From: Felis catus
Taxonomy: Eukaryota
DNA: 64,000 nucleotides
NCBI RefSeq assembly: GCF_018350175.1
Contig: NC_058368.1
Location: 61,692,001 to 61,756,000, forward strand
Direction of reading: 5' to 3'
Shown: positions 62,681 through 64,000 of the stretch, piece after piece
Layout: each line of letters opens with the position of its first letter
How positions within the stretch are numbered: position 1 is the stretch's first letter
Notes under the pieces: model-generated
Database searches by the model: none
Seen by the model: only the letters and a program-made list of their open reading frames with translations
What the model was told of the DNA's origin: nothing
Program-made: the position numbers and the translations under genes

Positions 62681-62889
62681 TTATACATGATACTGATTTT
62701 ATTTTTTGAGCATGAGAAGATGAATAATTTATTCTAACTTCCTTTCTTATACTTTTCTTTTTGTCATTGTTTTGACATTGAAGACTTATTTATTTCATTC
62801 TTACCTAATAACAAACATTTGAAGGTATTATTTTTGTGTGTGAGCATGGACTTAACTGATCATGTGCTTTTGTTATTCAGTGATTTTAA

Positions 62890-63030
62890 AAAATTGCTTC
62901 TCATCTATTAATGGGAGATAATGGCATGCATCTTCTAAGATTGTTGTAAGGATTAAGTGAGTTAATGTTTATAAAGGGCTAAGAAGAGGGACAGAAATAT
63001 AATAATTGCTTAACATGTATTAACTATTGC
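62890..63030 (+). mobile_element. MIR 3' half
   Basis: ttctcatctattaatgggagataat...ttgttgtaaggattaagtgagttaatgtttataaagggctaagaa. Confidence 0.75.
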
Positions 63031-63330
63031 TTCCTCTTTATCTTTCTCATTATTAATATCTGTGCTTTTGTGCATTATTTGTGCATAAGTGTACATTATT
63101 TGATTTTGTCTAATGCAATTTATCAACTTATGATTTATGAAATCTAGATAGCATTTTTACTCCACTATAATATCTATAAAACATTAAAACAAATATTTCT
63201 TTCTACCTGCACTTCACTTATTCTATATTATTTCTTATTATTACCTCCACCATCCATTTGAACTTTATATGTGTTTATAAAAATTGTATTTTGTTATGTA
63301 ATGGAAGCCATTTAGCATTCTCTCTATAGC

Positions 63331-63847
63331 TGAATAATTTCCTATTTTTATTACTTCATATAAAAATTATTCCCAAACTTAGTTACTCAACGCAGCAAAC
63401 ATTTGCTATCTCTGTTCTGGGGGCCAGAATTCCAAGTGTCATTTAGCTGAGCGCATCTTGCCTCTCGTTTATGTTCTCTCATGAGGTTACATTCAATATG
63501 TCAATTGGTGTAGGCTCATCCCAAAGCAGGATTCACTTCCTCACAGTTTGTTGGACTGAGGTCCTTGGGTTCTCATGGACTCAGCACCCTCTCATGCAGG
63601 CATCTCCTCAGGGCAGCTCACATTCTAAGAGATGGTTACTTCAGAACAAGCAAAGGAGAAAGAGAGGACCCAAGATGAAAGCCACTGTCCTTTGACAACC
63701 TAATCTAGGAGCTGATTTCCTCCATATTCTATTTCTGGGAAGGAAGTTACCAAGTCCAGCCCACAATTTAGTGGAAGGAATTACACAAGGGAATGGATTC
63801 CAGGAGGCAAGCACCTTTGACGGAACTCTTACAGGCTGCCTGCTACA
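63331..63847 (-). mobile_element. MaLR solo LTR (MLT1F/E-like)
   Basis: Antisense MLT1: cccaaacttagttactcaacgcagcaaacatttgctatctc...caagtccagcccaca...; ends ggctgcctgctaca (minus-strand start TGTAGCAGGCAGCC). Confidence 0.8.
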
Positions 63848-64000
63848 AATAGATTTAGTGCTCATATTTAGCCTAATCTTTTATATCCACAACTTCACAT
63901 TATTTATATGGACACATACTGTATTTGTTCCAGGTTCTCACCATTTCATAGATTCTCTTGTTCTAAAACTTGTGATTTGAGTTTTATATTTTAGAATTTG

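Overview
AT-rich, repeat-dense mammalian genomic DNA. The tRNA-derived CAN-SINEs and L1 copies are felid-type, so this is most likely cat or another Felidae. I can support no intact protein-coding gene, RNA gene or CRISPR array, and most ORFs in the track are by-products of SINE, L1 or simple repeats. Repeats: 26 CAN-SINEs (18 minus, 8 plus), many L1 fragments (mostly minus), MaLR/ERV LTRs, L2, MIR, MER5-type DNA transposons and microsatellites. Four items stand out. (1) A disabled TRIM60-like pseudogene on the minus strand (58535-59391; RING, B-box and coiled-coil, truncated at the start of PRY/SPRY), with what looks like a retained promoter, first exon and short intron. (2) A felid L1 (52602-57012) with an intact 5' end, an internal deletion of the RT region, and about 210 bp of an older L1 3' end inside one 16-bp TSD (apparent 3' transduction). 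(3) A chain of splice-site-flanked, largely phase-compatible segments on the + strand (3361 to ~39890, possibly 43266). Their translations show RhoGAP-domain motifs in the right order but with stops and frameshifts. I infer a fossil multi-exon RhoGAP gene; this is by-eye inference and needs a profile search. (4) A 4x ~54-bp repeat inside that chain whose differences look largely synonymous. Repeat subfamily names and protein comparisons are from recall, not database searches.
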